Shown here piece after piece: positions 41,014 through 50,027 of a DNA stretch of 64,000 nucleotides. Each line of letters opens with the position of its first letter. The first letter of the stretch is position 1. The notes under the pieces were generated by a model. The model saw only the letters and a program-made list of their open reading frames with translations, was not told the DNA's origin and ran no database searches. Origin of the DNA: an uncultured Campylobacter sp. (GTDB taxonomy: Bacteria > Campylobacterota > Campylobacteria > Campylobacterales > Campylobacteraceae); contig CAZSMF010000001.1 of the NCBI GenBank assembly GCA_964607975.1, positions 4,663 through 68,662 on the forward strand, read 5' to 3'. A program made the translations under genes and the position numbers.

Positions 41014-43821
41014 TTGAACGAAACGATAAAAATCATCGGTGCGAGGGAAAATAATCTCAAAAATATCAATCTTGAAATCCCTAAAAACAAGCTTATCGTT
41101 TTCACAGGGCTTTCAGGCTCTGGTAAAAGCACACTTGCCTTTTCTACGCTCTATGCAGAGGGACAAAGACGCTACATAGAAAGTTTAAGTGCTTATGCAA
41201 GGCAGTTTTTAGACAAGGTAGGCAAACCAGATGTCGATAAAATAGAGGGTTTAACACCAGCCATAGCCATAGACCAAAAGACAACCTCCAAAAATCCACG
41301 CTCGACAGTGGGAACGATAACAGAAATTTATGATTATTTAAGGCTTTTATACGCTAGAATAGGCATTCAGCATTGCCACAAGTGCGGTAAAGTCATATCA
41401 AGTATGAATTCAAGCGATATTACAAATGAAATTTTAAAGCTTCCTGTGGGGGCGAAAATCATCATCTACGCCCCGCTTGTGCGTGAAAAAAAGGGAACTT
41501 TTGCGGATATGATAGAAAATTTACTCGCCAAAGGCTATATTAGAGCACAAATTGACGGGGTTATGGTGCGACTTGACGAGGACATAGAGCTTTCAAAAAC
41601 TAAAAAACACACCATAAAACTCGTCATTGACAGGCTTGAAATCAAAGAGGACTTACTCAACCGCCTTGCTGCCGATGTTGAAAAGGGTTTAGAACAAAGC
41701 TTTGGCGAACTTGAAGTAGAGGTGTTAAATGCCGATGAGTTAGGCATTTCTAAACATTTTCATTATAGCGAACATTCGGCTTGTTTTGATTGTAAAATTT
41801 CCTTTTTGCCCCTTGAACCTTTAAGCTTTTCGTTTAATTCCCCAAAGGGAGCTTGTGAGGAGTGTGATGGATTAGGCATTCGCTACACGCTTGATATGAA
41901 AAGGCTCATTGATGAGAATTTAAGCATTGAAAATGGGGCGGTGAAAACAATGTATGGCTTTAACAAAAGCTATTATTACAAATTTTTAATAGCCTTTTGC
42001 GAACAAAACGACATAAACATTAAAAAGCCTTTCAACGAGCTAAACGAGGACGAACAAAGGCTCATTCTATACGGCAACGCCAAGCAAATCAGCTTTTTGT
42101 GGAAAAGACACCGCATTAACAAAAGCTTTGAAGGCGTGGTAAAACTTGCCTATGATATGCTTAAAGATGAAAAAGATTTGGAAAATTATATGAGCGAAAA
42201 AACTTGCAGTGCTTGTGGGGGTTTTAGGCTCAAACCCGAAAGCCTCGCGGTAAAAGTCGCTCAAAAGGCTTTGAGTGATATTTTGCAAATGAGTATTGAA
42301 AATTGCGTTGCATTTTTCTCAAATTCAGCCAAATTTGACTATTTAAGCCCTCAACAAAAACTCATCGCCAATCCCATTTTAAAGGAAATCAGCGAAAGAT
42401 TATACTTTCTTTTTGATGTGGGCTTGGGGTATTTATCGCTTGGGCGAGATTCAAGGACGATTAGCGGAGGTGAGGCTCAAAGAATTCGCATAGCATCGCA
42501 AATTGGCAGTGGTTTAAGTGGGGTAATGTATGTGCTAGACGAGCCTAGCATTGGCTTACACGAACGCGACACAGAAAAACTCATCAAAACGCTAAGAAAT
42601 TTACAAGCCAAAGGCAATACGCTCATAGTCGTAGAACACGACAAAAAAACCATACAAGAGGCTGATTTTATCGTAGATATAGGAGAAAAGGCGGGTAAAT
42701 TCGGCGGAGAAGTCGTTTTTGCAGGAACTTATGAGGATTTACTCAAAAGCAAAAGCCAAACAGCACTTTATCTTACTCAACAAAAAAGCATTTTACACCG
42801 AAAAGACCGCCCTCAAAAAGAATGGCTCAAACTCAAAAATGTTTGCGTTAATAATATAAAAAACCTCAACGCCGAATTTCCCTTACAAAATTTAGTCGCT
42901 ATCACCGGTGTTTCAGGCTCTGGCAAAAGCTCACTCATCTTGCAAACCTTGCTGCCCTTTGCTCAGGAGGAATTAAACAGGGCAAGGAAAATCAAAAAGG
43001 TTGGAGGCGTTGCGATAGAAGGGCTTGAAAAGCTTGACAAAGTCATTTACCTTGACCAAAGCCCCATAGGACGAACACCTCGTTCAAATCCAGCCACCTA
43101 CACAGGAGCAATGGATGAGATTCGCAATCTTTTCGCCTCAACAAAAGAAGCCAAAATGCTTGGCTACAAGGCTGGGCGATTTAGCTTTAATGTCAAGGGT
43201 GGGCGTTGCGAGAAGTGCCAAGGGGACGGGGAGCTTAAAATAGAAATGCACTTTTTACCCGATGTAATGGTGATTTGCGATGCGTGTAAGGGCAAAAGAT
43301 ACAACGAAGCAACGCTTAAAATCAATTACAAAGGCAAAAATATAGCCGATGTTTTGGCGATGAGTATTTTAGAAGCAAATGAATTTTTCGCCGCCGTGCC
43401 TAAAATCAAGCAAAAGCTTGATACCCTTGTGAAAGTGGGGCTTGATTATCTTACCTTGGGGCAAAATGCTACGACTTTAAGCGGCGGGGAAGCTCAACGC
43501 ATAAAACTTGCCAAAGAATTAAGCCGAAGCGATACGGGCAAAACACTTTACATACTCGATGAGCCAACTACTGGACTGCATTTTGAGGATGTCAATAAAC
43601 TCATACTCGTTTTGCAGCATTTAGTCGAGCTTAAAAATTCAGTCTTTGTGATAGAACATAATTTAGATGTGATTAAAAACGCTGATTATATCATAGATAT
43701 GGGTTTAGAGGGCGGAGATAAGGGCGGTAAAATCATCGCCACAGGCAATGTCAATAAACTCATCAAAGAGCATAAAAAAACAGGCTCTTACACGGGCTAT
43801 TATCTTAGTTTAGAGACTTAA
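41014..43821 (+). CDS. uvrA: Excinuclease ABC subunit A
   Basis: GLSGSGKS, GVSGSGKS, LSGGEAQR twice, zinc-finger cysteines. Confidence 0.98.
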   Translation: MNETIKIIGARENNLKNINLEIPKNKLIVFTGLSGSGKSTLAFSTLYAEGQRRYIESLSAYARQFLDKVGKPDVDKIEGLTPAIAIDQKTTSKNPRSTVGTITEIYDYLRLLYARIGIQHCHKCGKVISSMNSSDITNEILKLPVGAKIIIYAPLVREKKGTFADMIENLLAKGYIRAQIDGVMVRLDEDIELSKTKKHTIKLVIDRLEIKEDLLNRLAADVEKGLEQSFGELEVEVLNADELGISKHFHYSEHSACFDCKISFLPLEPLSFSFNSPKGACEECDGLGIRYTLDMKRLIDENLSIENGAVKTMYGFNKSYYYKFLIAFCEQNDINIKKPFNELNEDEQRLILYGNAKQISFLWKRHRINKSFEGVVKLAYDMLKDEKDLENYMSEKTCSACGGFRLKPESLAVKVAQKALSDILQMSIENCVAFFSNSAKFDYLSPQQKLIANPILKEISERLYFLFDVGLGYLSLGRDSRTISGGEAQRIRIASQIGSGLSGVMYVLDEPSIGLHERDTEKLIKTLRNLQAKGNTLIVVEHDKKTIQEADFIVDIGEKAGKFGGEVVFAGTYEDLLKSKSQTALYLTQQKSILHRKDRPQKEWLKLKNVCVNNIKNLNAEFPLQNLVAITGVSGSGKSSLILQTLLPFAQEELNRARKIKKVGGVAIEGLEKLDKVIYLDQSPIGRTPRSNPATYTGAMDEIRNLFASTKEAKMLGYKAGRFSFNVKGGRCEKCQGDGELKIEMHFLPDVMVICDACKGKRYNEATLKINYKGKNIADVLAMSILEANEFFAAVPKIKQKLDTLVKVGLDYLTLGQNATTLSGGEAQRIKLAKELSRSDTGKTLYILDEPTTGLHFEDVNKLILVLQHLVELKNSVFVIEHNLDVIKNADYIIDMGLEGGDKGGKIIATGNVNKLIKEHKKTGSYTGYYLSLET

Positions 43822-44431
43822 CCTTTGCCACAGCAATGGCAAGTAAGAAAAGAAAAACAAGATAAGAGAGGAAATTTAACAATATGGCAGCGTAAATAAT
43901 AACAAAAGGATTAAAAAAATACATAAGATAAGGCAAAAAAGCTACTATTGCTTGGGTAATCATAAGCCCCACAAAGGCATAAAAACACCACAAAAACATT
44001 CTTTCATTAGTGATAAAAACAAGTTCTTTGAAAAATTTCAAGGTAAAATAAAGCAGCAAAGCCGCACTCACAATCAAAATTATAACGCCAAATACAAACA
44101 CACCATCACCTTGTGCTACAAGAGCGATAAAAATTGGATTGACAAAAACCATAGAAAGCACAAAGGCAAGGCTAGTCAAAAACGAGAAAATCAGTGTTTT
44201 AAACAGGCTTGAACTTTGTGTCATTTTTTGCAAAACATAAACGATATGAAAAGGTAAAATCAATGCTCCCACAATCGCAACCATACGCATAAATTTCAAA
44301 AATTCATCAAAAGCCGTTTTTTCAAAAACAAAGCTGCGTTTATCAAGTAAATGAAGCAAAGAAACAAGGCAAAGAAAGACGCATAAGCCTATGAAAATAT
44401 AAGTTTTTATTTTAAGCTTTTTTAGACTCAT
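43805..44431 (-). CDS. Polytopic membrane hypothetical protein (possibly DUF996-like)
   Basis: About six hydrophobic segments; FKEL..ITN..MFLW motif; in the same strand run as dut and the EI24 gene. Confidence 0.6.
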   Translation of the reverse strand: MSLKKLKIKTYIFIGLCVFLCLVSLLHLLDKRSFVFEKTAFDEFLKFMRMVAIVGALILPFHIVYVLQKMTQSSSLFKTLIFSFLTSLAFVLSMVFVNPIFIALVAQGDGVFVFGVIILIVSAALLLYFTLKFFKELVFITNERMFLWCFYAFVGLMITQAIVAFLPYLMYFFNPFVIIYAAILLNFLSYLVFLFLLAIAVAKVKSLN

Positions 44432-44439
44432 TTTTACTC

Positions 44440-45168
44440 CTAAATTGTATCAATCTTTGGCTTTAAAAAAAGTTCTTTTTGATAAAAAAGATGAGTGAGA
44501 AAAATAACAAAAAACACCTGCAAAAACAGCCCCGCAAAAGGCACGCAAGCAAGTAAATAAAAACACAGAGTGGAGATTTTAAACTCCAAGGGTGAAGTTT
44601 TAGCGTAAAATAAAGTAAATTCATCAATATTAAGCACATTACTCGCCACATCTAAAATCAAAAGCTTATGAAAAAGATAATACACCACGACATAATACAC
44701 AAAAAGATTCACAAAAGGCACGAGGAGCAAAAAGGTGGCGATGAAAAAGAAAAGGACAAATTTGGCAAGTATCCACAAGCTTTTGAGTAAAATTTTTGTG
44801 GTGGGAACGGGGTTTTTTAAGGGGTGGTGGTAGTATTTTTCGTTAATGGCTTTGCAAATAAAGGGCGTAAGAAAGCTTACGATAAAAATGGCAAAAAATA
44901 CCGAAGCAAAAACCACGATGAAAGAAGCCGATAAAACGCTTAAAATGGCGATTAAAATCTGCACGAAAGCAAGGCTGTAAATAAAGGCAAACACTGAATT
45001 TTCAGTATCTTTGCCAAATAATTCATCAAAAAATTCAAGCAAAGCCGAAAAACCAAAATAAGCTAGAATTGCAAACAAAACGAGGCTAAAAAAGAAAGGC
45101 AAAAGGGCAAAATTTAAGAATTTTTTAGTGCAAAAATCCCGCAAAGAAAGACGCAAAAGCTCAGTCAT
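44440..45168 (-). CDS. EI24/CysZ-like membrane protein (Cj1452-like)
   Basis: FLTPF..K..N.KYY and YLFHKLL.LD motifs; downstream of dut. Confidence 0.75.
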   Translation of the reverse strand: MTELLRLSLRDFCTKKFLNFALLPFFFSLVLFAILAYFGFSALLEFFDELFGKDTENSVFAFIYSLAFVQILIAILSVLSASFIVVFASVFFAIFIVSFLTPFICKAINEKYYHHPLKNPVPTTKILLKSLWILAKFVLFFFIATFLLLVPFVNLFVYYVVVYYLFHKLLILDVASNVLNIDEFTLFYAKTSPLEFKISTLCFYLLACVPFAGLFLQVFFVIFLTHLFYQKELFLKPKIDTI

Positions 45169-45177
45169 TTTTTATCT

Positions 45178-45870
45178 TTATTTTATCGCTTCATAGCGTT
45201 TTTCAAGCTCTTTGTAAATGCGTTCAAAATCAAGCTCGTTTTGCACAATGCCATTTAAAACCTCATTATCCTCAACGCCATTCCACACTTTTTTGTATGT
45301 GCCGTCCTTGTAGCCATTGTTTTGACGAAATTGATTCAGCACATTTTTAGCAATGTAAATTCTATAAAGCAAGTCTAAATTCAAGCCGCACTTCATCGCC
45401 AAAACAAAATACGCCGATAAAAGCTCACCCAAATCAAAGCCAAAGCCCGTGCATTTGTGGATAATCACCTCAATATCATTTAAAATTCCATACATATCAG
45501 CCTCATCAGGCGTGCCTTTTTCCTTGCAAAACTCATCAAAATGATTTACCGAACGCACTTCCTCAGCAAGTTTTTTATGCGAAATTTTATCGTCCTTGCT
45601 TTCTTCAAGGAGTAAAGATAAGATAAAATGCCAAATATCGACTATCTCAATGCGGACATTGTCCCAATTTGTAGGTGCTGTAATGTTTTTCCAGTGTTTC
45701 CACGCAAAAGAGTCAATAAGCTCGGCACACTCCATATAAATGCAGCGGCGAAAGCTGATGAGTTTGCCCTCTTTGGTAAAGCCATTTTCCCAGCCCTTGC
45801 CATTTGTCTCATCATTCAATTTTTTTTGTAAATGAAGCATAGCCTCGATAATTTCTGCATTATTCATCAT
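45178..45870 (-). CDS. dut: Dimeric all-alpha dUTPase
   Basis: ECAELIDS, WKHWK, EIVDIWHF, KNVLN.FRQ and GYKDGTY motifs. Confidence 0.93.
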   Translation of the reverse strand: MMNNAEIIEAMLHLQKKLNDETNGKGWENGFTKEGKLISFRRCIYMECAELIDSFAWKHWKNITAPTNWDNVRIEIVDIWHFILSLLLEESKDDKISHKKLAEEVRSVNHFDEFCKEKGTPDEADMYGILNDIEVIIHKCTGFGFDLGELLSAYFVLAMKCGLNLDLLYRIYIAKNVLNQFRQNNGYKDGTYKKVWNGVEDNEVLNGIVQNELDFERIYKELEKRYEAIK

Positions 45871-45930
45871 CTATCCTTTTTTTTTAAACAAATTATAAAA
45901 TATTTTAATAAATTATTAGTCAAAAGAAGT

Positions 45931-45951
45931 AAAGCGACTTAAAGCCGCTTT
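45931..45951 (-). terminator. Probable intrinsic terminator after ciaI
   Basis: AAAGCGAC-TTAAA-GCCGCTTT stem (one G-U pair on the minus strand) followed by a U-rich tail on the minus strand. Confidence 0.55.
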
Positions 45952-45954
45952 TAA

Positions 45955-46524
45955 TCAAGCATAAAAGCCAAGTGCGTTTTTATTTTGCTTATCTTGTGTG
46001 TTTTGCAAAAGCTCTCTTTTTTGCTCCTCGATTCTAGCTAGAATTTCATCAATGAGCTTTTTGCTATCTTCAAGCATATTGGCATTTTGCGTAGCGTCTT
46101 GGCTTTGGTGGCGTTTTAATAGCTCATCAAATTTACCCACAAGATTATTCATAGTCGCATTTTGCTTGTTTTCATCGCTTGAACTTGGGAGTATATTAGC
46201 AATTTGCATAGCACTTTGGATAAAGTCTTTTGGATTTAACTCGCCCACCTTTGAGCTTTGCAAAAAGTCATTCAGCAAAGGCTCGACATCTTTCATCGCA
46301 TCTTTAATCTCGCTAATATCATCTTGCGTAAGCTTTGAACCCTCATAAGTGAAGTGAAAGCCGTATTCTCTTTTTAAACTAATGCTTTGAGCGTTGTTTT
46401 CCTTGCTATAACTCGCACTTTGATTGTCAAACATTGACAAAGATAGGCTCTTTCCGCTAGTCGTTGTGTAAGAAAAGCCGAAATTTTGGCTACTACTTGC
46501 TTGAATTTGCATACTATTCTCCAT
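45955..46524 (-). CDS. ciaI: Flagellum-secreted invasion antigen CiaI (Cj1450-like)
   Basis: SGKSLSLSMFDNQ, YGF.FTYEGSKLT and EDSKKLI; C-terminal ..FYA; upstream of dut; sigma28-type promoter. Confidence 0.8.
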   Translation of the reverse strand: MENSMQIQASSSQNFGFSYTTTSGKSLSLSMFDNQSASYSKENNAQSISLKREYGFHFTYEGSKLTQDDISEIKDAMKDVEPLLNDFLQSSKVGELNPKDFIQSAMQIANILPSSSDENKQNATMNNLVGKFDELLKRHQSQDATQNANMLEDSKKLIDEILARIEEQKRELLQNTQDKQNKNALGFYA

Positions 46525-46539
46525 AAAAGATTTGCGTTT

Positions 46540-46546
46540 AAATCGG
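46540..46546 (-). promoter_or_regulatory. Sigma28 (FliA) -10 element for ciaI
   Basis: CCGATTT on the minus strand about 15 nt upstream of the ATG. Confidence 0.65.
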
Positions 46547-46589
46547 TTATTTTTGATTTTTTTTGAATTTTTGTAATATAATTACAAGT

Positions 46590-46997
46590 ATGAATGAAAA
46601 AATAAAAAGCTTTTTACAAAAAAATACCTTGCTTTCGTGGGCTATGCAAGATGATGATGGGGTGTATTGTGCGAATGCTTTTTACGCCTTTGATGATGAG
46701 GAGTTAAGCCTCATAGTCGCCTCGCACAGCGATACCAAGCACATTAAACTCGTCCAAAAAAACCCAAAAATCAGCATAAATATAGCCAAATTTGGCAATA
46801 TAGCCTCTCTCAAAGGCATTCAAATCAAAGCTCTTTGCAAAAAAGCAAGTAAGGTGCAAGAAAATTTGTATTATACGCATTTTCCTTTCGCTAAACTCAA
46901 AGGCGGCACTTGCTTTGCCTTGCAAATTTTATATGCTAAATTTACAGATAATGCCTTGGGTAAAAAGCTTGAATTTACGAGGATTGAAAGTGATTAA
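46590..46997 (+). CDS. Pyridoxamine 5'-phosphate oxidase-like FMN-binding protein (Cj1449c-like); start ATG 46590
   Basis: VYCANAFY, SHSDTKH, GIQ and KFTDNALG motifs. Confidence 0.75.
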   Translation: MNEKIKSFLQKNTLLSWAMQDDDGVYCANAFYAFDDEELSLIVASHSDTKHIKLVQKNPKISINIAKFGNIASLKGIQIKALCKKASKVQENLYYTHFPFAKLKGGTCFALQILYAKFTDNALGKKLEFTRIESD

Positions 46998-47044
46998 ATT
47001 TGATTAAAAAATTTAAGCTAATATGAAAGGTTAAAGGATATTGA

Positions 47045-47995
47045 ATGAAAACAAATGTGATTGACATTGCCAAAGAAGTTTTTGCCATTGAAGCACAAAC
47101 GGTGAGGGATTTAAGCGACAAGCTTGATGCAAATTTTAGCCAAAGCATAGAACTCATCTTGCAGACAAAAGGGCGTTTAGTCGTAAGCGGTATGGGTAAA
47201 TCAGGACACATTGGGGCTAAAATCGCCGCTACCCTTGCTAGCACAGGAACGCCGAGCTTTTTTATGCACCCAGCAGAAGCCTTGCACGGCGATTTGGGAA
47301 TGCTAACTCAAAATGATGTTTTATTAGCCATTTCAAATTCAGGTGAAAGTGAGGAAATTTTAAAGATTATCCCAGCGGTGAAAAAAAGGGGGATTAAGCT
47401 CATCGCAATGAGTGGAAATTTAAACTCAACCTTGGCAAAACAGGCTGATTTTGTGCTTGACATCTCAGTAGCCAAAGAAGCTTGTCCCTTGCAACTTGCC
47501 CCTATGTCCTCAACCACAGCGACTTTGGCAATGGGAGATGCCATAGCAGCAGCCTTGATGAAGTTAAGAAATTTTAAACCAGATGACTTTGCTTTGTTTC
47601 ACCCGGGCGGAAGTTTGGGTAAAAAGCTTCTCACGAAAGTGCAGGATTTAATGATAACAAGCCTTCCAAAAGTAAGCCCAGATACTCTTTTTAACGAGCT
47701 TATCGATGTAATGACAAGTGGCAAACTTGGACTTTGCCTTGTAATGCAAGAGGACAAACTCATCGGCATTATCACTGATGGGGATTTGCGTAGGGCTTTA
47801 AAAATGAGCGATAAAGCTCGTTTTGATTTTAAAGCCAAAGAAATTATGAGTAAAAATCCCAAAGTCATAGACGCTGATGCTATGGCTACACAGGCTGAGG
47901 AAGTGATGATAAAGCACAAAATTAAAGAACTTCCAGTGGCTAGGCAAGGAAAAATTGTCGGCATTATCCAACTCTACGACATAGGGCGAATTTAA
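47045..47995 (+). CDS. kpsF: Arabinose-5-phosphate isomerase KpsF/KdsD (SIS domain plus two CBS domains)
   Basis: GMGKSGHIG, EALHGDLG, SNSGE, APMSST, FHPGGSLG and ITDGDLRR. Confidence 0.95.
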   Translation: MKTNVIDIAKEVFAIEAQTVRDLSDKLDANFSQSIELILQTKGRLVVSGMGKSGHIGAKIAATLASTGTPSFFMHPAEALHGDLGMLTQNDVLLAISNSGESEEILKIIPAVKKRGIKLIAMSGNLNSTLAKQADFVLDISVAKEACPLQLAPMSSTTATLAMGDAIAAALMKLRNFKPDDFALFHPGGSLGKKLLTKVQDLMITSLPKVSPDTLFNELIDVMTSGKLGLCLVMQEDKLIGIITDGDLRRALKMSDKARFDFKAKEIMSKNPKVIDADAMATQAEEVMIKHKIKELPVARQGKIVGIIQLYDIGRI

Positions 47996-48084
47996 GCTTT
48001 AAACTCCCAAAAATTCAGCGTTCATAACAATGTGGAACGGAATTTGCTTTCAATCTTGTAGATTGATTGAAAAGAGGTTTTACA

Positions 48085-48621
48085 ATGAAAACTATGGACG
48101 CTGCTTCTATAAAGAGGCTAAACGAAGTCATCGCTTGTTTAAGACAGACAAGCAAGGGTTGCCTTATGGCTAATCTTTATCAAAAAATTGTCTTTTTGAT
48201 AGAACTCAATCATTTTAGAACGCATCAAAATCTTTTCATAGGGCTAACTTTCCACAGCCTTAAATATGGACCTTTTAGTATGGACTTGGCTAAGGCTTTG
48301 GACGCTCCTGATGAAAAAATGGATATTAGCCTTGAAGTGCAAAATGCCATTTGGGAAGTTTTGGAGGAATTTGCCTTGCAAGATTTTTCTTATGAGACTA
48401 TGCAAAAAGCGTATGCAAAGATGAATGCTTATATCAGCTCTTTGTATATTTACAATATCACGCCTTTTGAATTTGCTTTGGACTTTGAAAAATACAATTT
48501 TGAGGACTTGTTCGAAACAGTAGCTTACTCAAAGCTCACAGGAGAGGAGCTTGAAAGGGAAATGATACAAGCACCTCTTACAAGACAAAGGGCAAAAGAA
48601 TACGAGCATTTTTTTGCTTAA
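48085..48621 (+). CDS. Panacea/SocA (DUF4065)-like protein; start ATG 48085
   Basis: LYQKIVFLIEL..F....FIGL.F..LKYGP resembles the KLxY...G..Y....GP signature; AGAGG RBS. Confidence 0.6.
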   Translation: MKTMDAASIKRLNEVIACLRQTSKGCLMANLYQKIVFLIELNHFRTHQNLFIGLTFHSLKYGPFSMDLAKALDAPDEKMDISLEVQNAIWEVLEEFALQDFSYETMQKAYAKMNAYISSLYIYNITPFEFALDFEKYNFEDLFETVAYSKLTGEELEREMIQAPLTRQRAKEYEHFFA

Positions 48622-48631
48622 ACTCCTTTAC

Positions 48632-48658
48632 AAAGTGAGCATTTTTTGCTCACTTTTT
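48632..48658 (+). terminator. Intrinsic terminator after the Panacea-like gene
   Basis: AAAGTGAGCA-TTTTT-TGCTCACTTT, perfect 10-bp stem running into a T-tract. Confidence 0.8.
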
Positions 48659-48786
48659 ATTTACAATCACCAATTTAAGCCCACAAAATCACTTTTTGCA
48701 AACTAAACGCATTTACTTTTTTCGTTTTTATTGTTTTATTAGTATTTTTTGTGTAAAATTGCCTTATTCAAAATAAAGGCAGATTG

Positions 48787-49227
48787 ATGATAGACATTAT
48801 GCAAATTCAGGCTATACTACCGCATAGATACCCTTTTTTGCTGGTTGATAAGATTACTGAGTTAGAAATTGGCAAATTTGTGCGAGGCTACAAAAATATC
48901 AGCATATCAGACCAAGTGTTTATAGGACATTTCCCAAACCACCCTATTTATCCGGGTGTGCTTATTTTAGAGGGTATGGCTCAAACAGGTGGCGTTCTTG
49001 CCTTTAAGAGTATGGACGAACAGGTTAATCCTGAGGAAAAAGTCGTGTATTTTACCGGCATTGACGGGGCTAAATTTAGAAATCCTGTGCGTGTGGGCGA
49101 CAGGCTTGATTATGAAATGAATGTGGTTAAGAGTCGTGGTGCTTTGTGGGTGTTTCAAGGCAAGGCTTTTGTTGATGGTGTTTTGGTGGCTGAGGCTGAA
49201 CTCAAAGCGATGATAATGGACAGATGA
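48787..49227 (+). CDS. fabZ: 3-hydroxyacyl-ACP dehydratase
   Basis: [21 protein letters not shown] and EGMAQ. Confidence 0.97.
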   Translation: MIDIMQIQAILPHRYPFLLVDKITELEIGKFVRGYKNISISDQVFIGHFPNHPIYPGVLILEGMAQTGGVLAFKSMDEQVNPEEKVVYFTGIDGAKFRNPVRVGDRLDYEMNVVKSRGALWVFQGKAFVDGVLVAEAELKAMIMDR

Positions 49228-50027
49228 TGAGTAAAATTCATTCAAGTGCGGTTGTGGAGGACGGAGCGATTTTAGGCGATAATGTCATCGTTGAGCCTTA
49301 CGCTTTCATCAGCAAAAAAGCAAAAATTGATAACAATGTCATCATCAAGCAAGGTGCTAGGATACTTGGCGATACGCATATAGGTGCAAATAGCCGAATT
49401 TTCTCCTATGCCATAGTTGGCGACATACCGCAAGACATTTCCTACAAAGATGATGAGGTAAAATCAGGCGTTATCATTGGCGAAAATTCAACCATACGCG
49501 AATTTGCCACCATAAATTCAGGCACAGCAAAGGGAGATGGCTTCACTCGCATAGGTAAAAATGCCTTTATAATGGCGTATTGCCACATAGCACACGATTG
49601 CAAACTCGGTGAAAATGTCATTTTAGCAAATAATGCCACCCTCGCAGGACATATAGAGCTTGGAGATTTTGTCGTGGTTGGCGGTTTAACGCCCATTCAT
49701 CAGTTCGTTAAAGTCGGTGAAGGAGCGATGATAGCGGGTGCTTCGGCTTTATCACAAGATATAGTGCCGTTTTGCTTGGCTGAGGGCAATAGAGCAAAGA
49801 TAAGAAGTTTAAATTTAGTCGGCATTCGCAGACGCTTTGACAAGGACGAAGTCGAGCAAATCAACAAAGCGTTTAGGTTTTTATTTAATGGCAAGGATTT
49901 AAAGCAAAATGCCACCGAACTTTTGCAAAATGCAAAAAGTCAAAATGTCAAAAAAATGTGCGAATTTATACTCCAAACCAAACGCGGAATTCCTGTGTAT
50001 AGAGGTAAAGATGATGAAAAAATGTAG
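49224..50027 (+). CDS. lpxA: UDP-GlcNAc acyltransferase
   Basis: Hexapeptide repeats; PQD, HIAHDC, LAGH and HQF motifs. Confidence 0.97.
   Translation: MMSKIHSSAVVEDGAILGDNVIVEPYAFISKKAKIDNNVIIKQGARILGDTHIGANSRIFSYAIVGDIPQDISYKDDEVKSGVIIGENSTIREFATINSGTAKGDGFTRIGKNAFIMAYCHIAHDCKLGENVILANNATLAGHIELGDFVVVGGLTPIHQFVKVGEGAMIAGASALSQDIVPFCLAEGNRAKIRSLNLVGIRRRFDKDEVEQINKAFRFLFNGKDLKQNATELLQNAKSQNVKKMCEFILQTKRGIPVYRGKDDEKM

Noticed and set aside
48030-48173. 47-aa ORF (MWNGICFQSCRL..) overlapping the start of the Panacea-like gene, as a possible hidden toxin
   Set aside because: No SD, mostly overlaps the larger ORF in another frame and has no recognisable motif; only ribosome profiling could rescue it
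49909-50010. 34-aa N-terminal extension of ClpX in the ORF track
   Set aside because: Overlaps lpxA; the real start is the ATG at 50011 or 50014 just before the CSFC zinc finger
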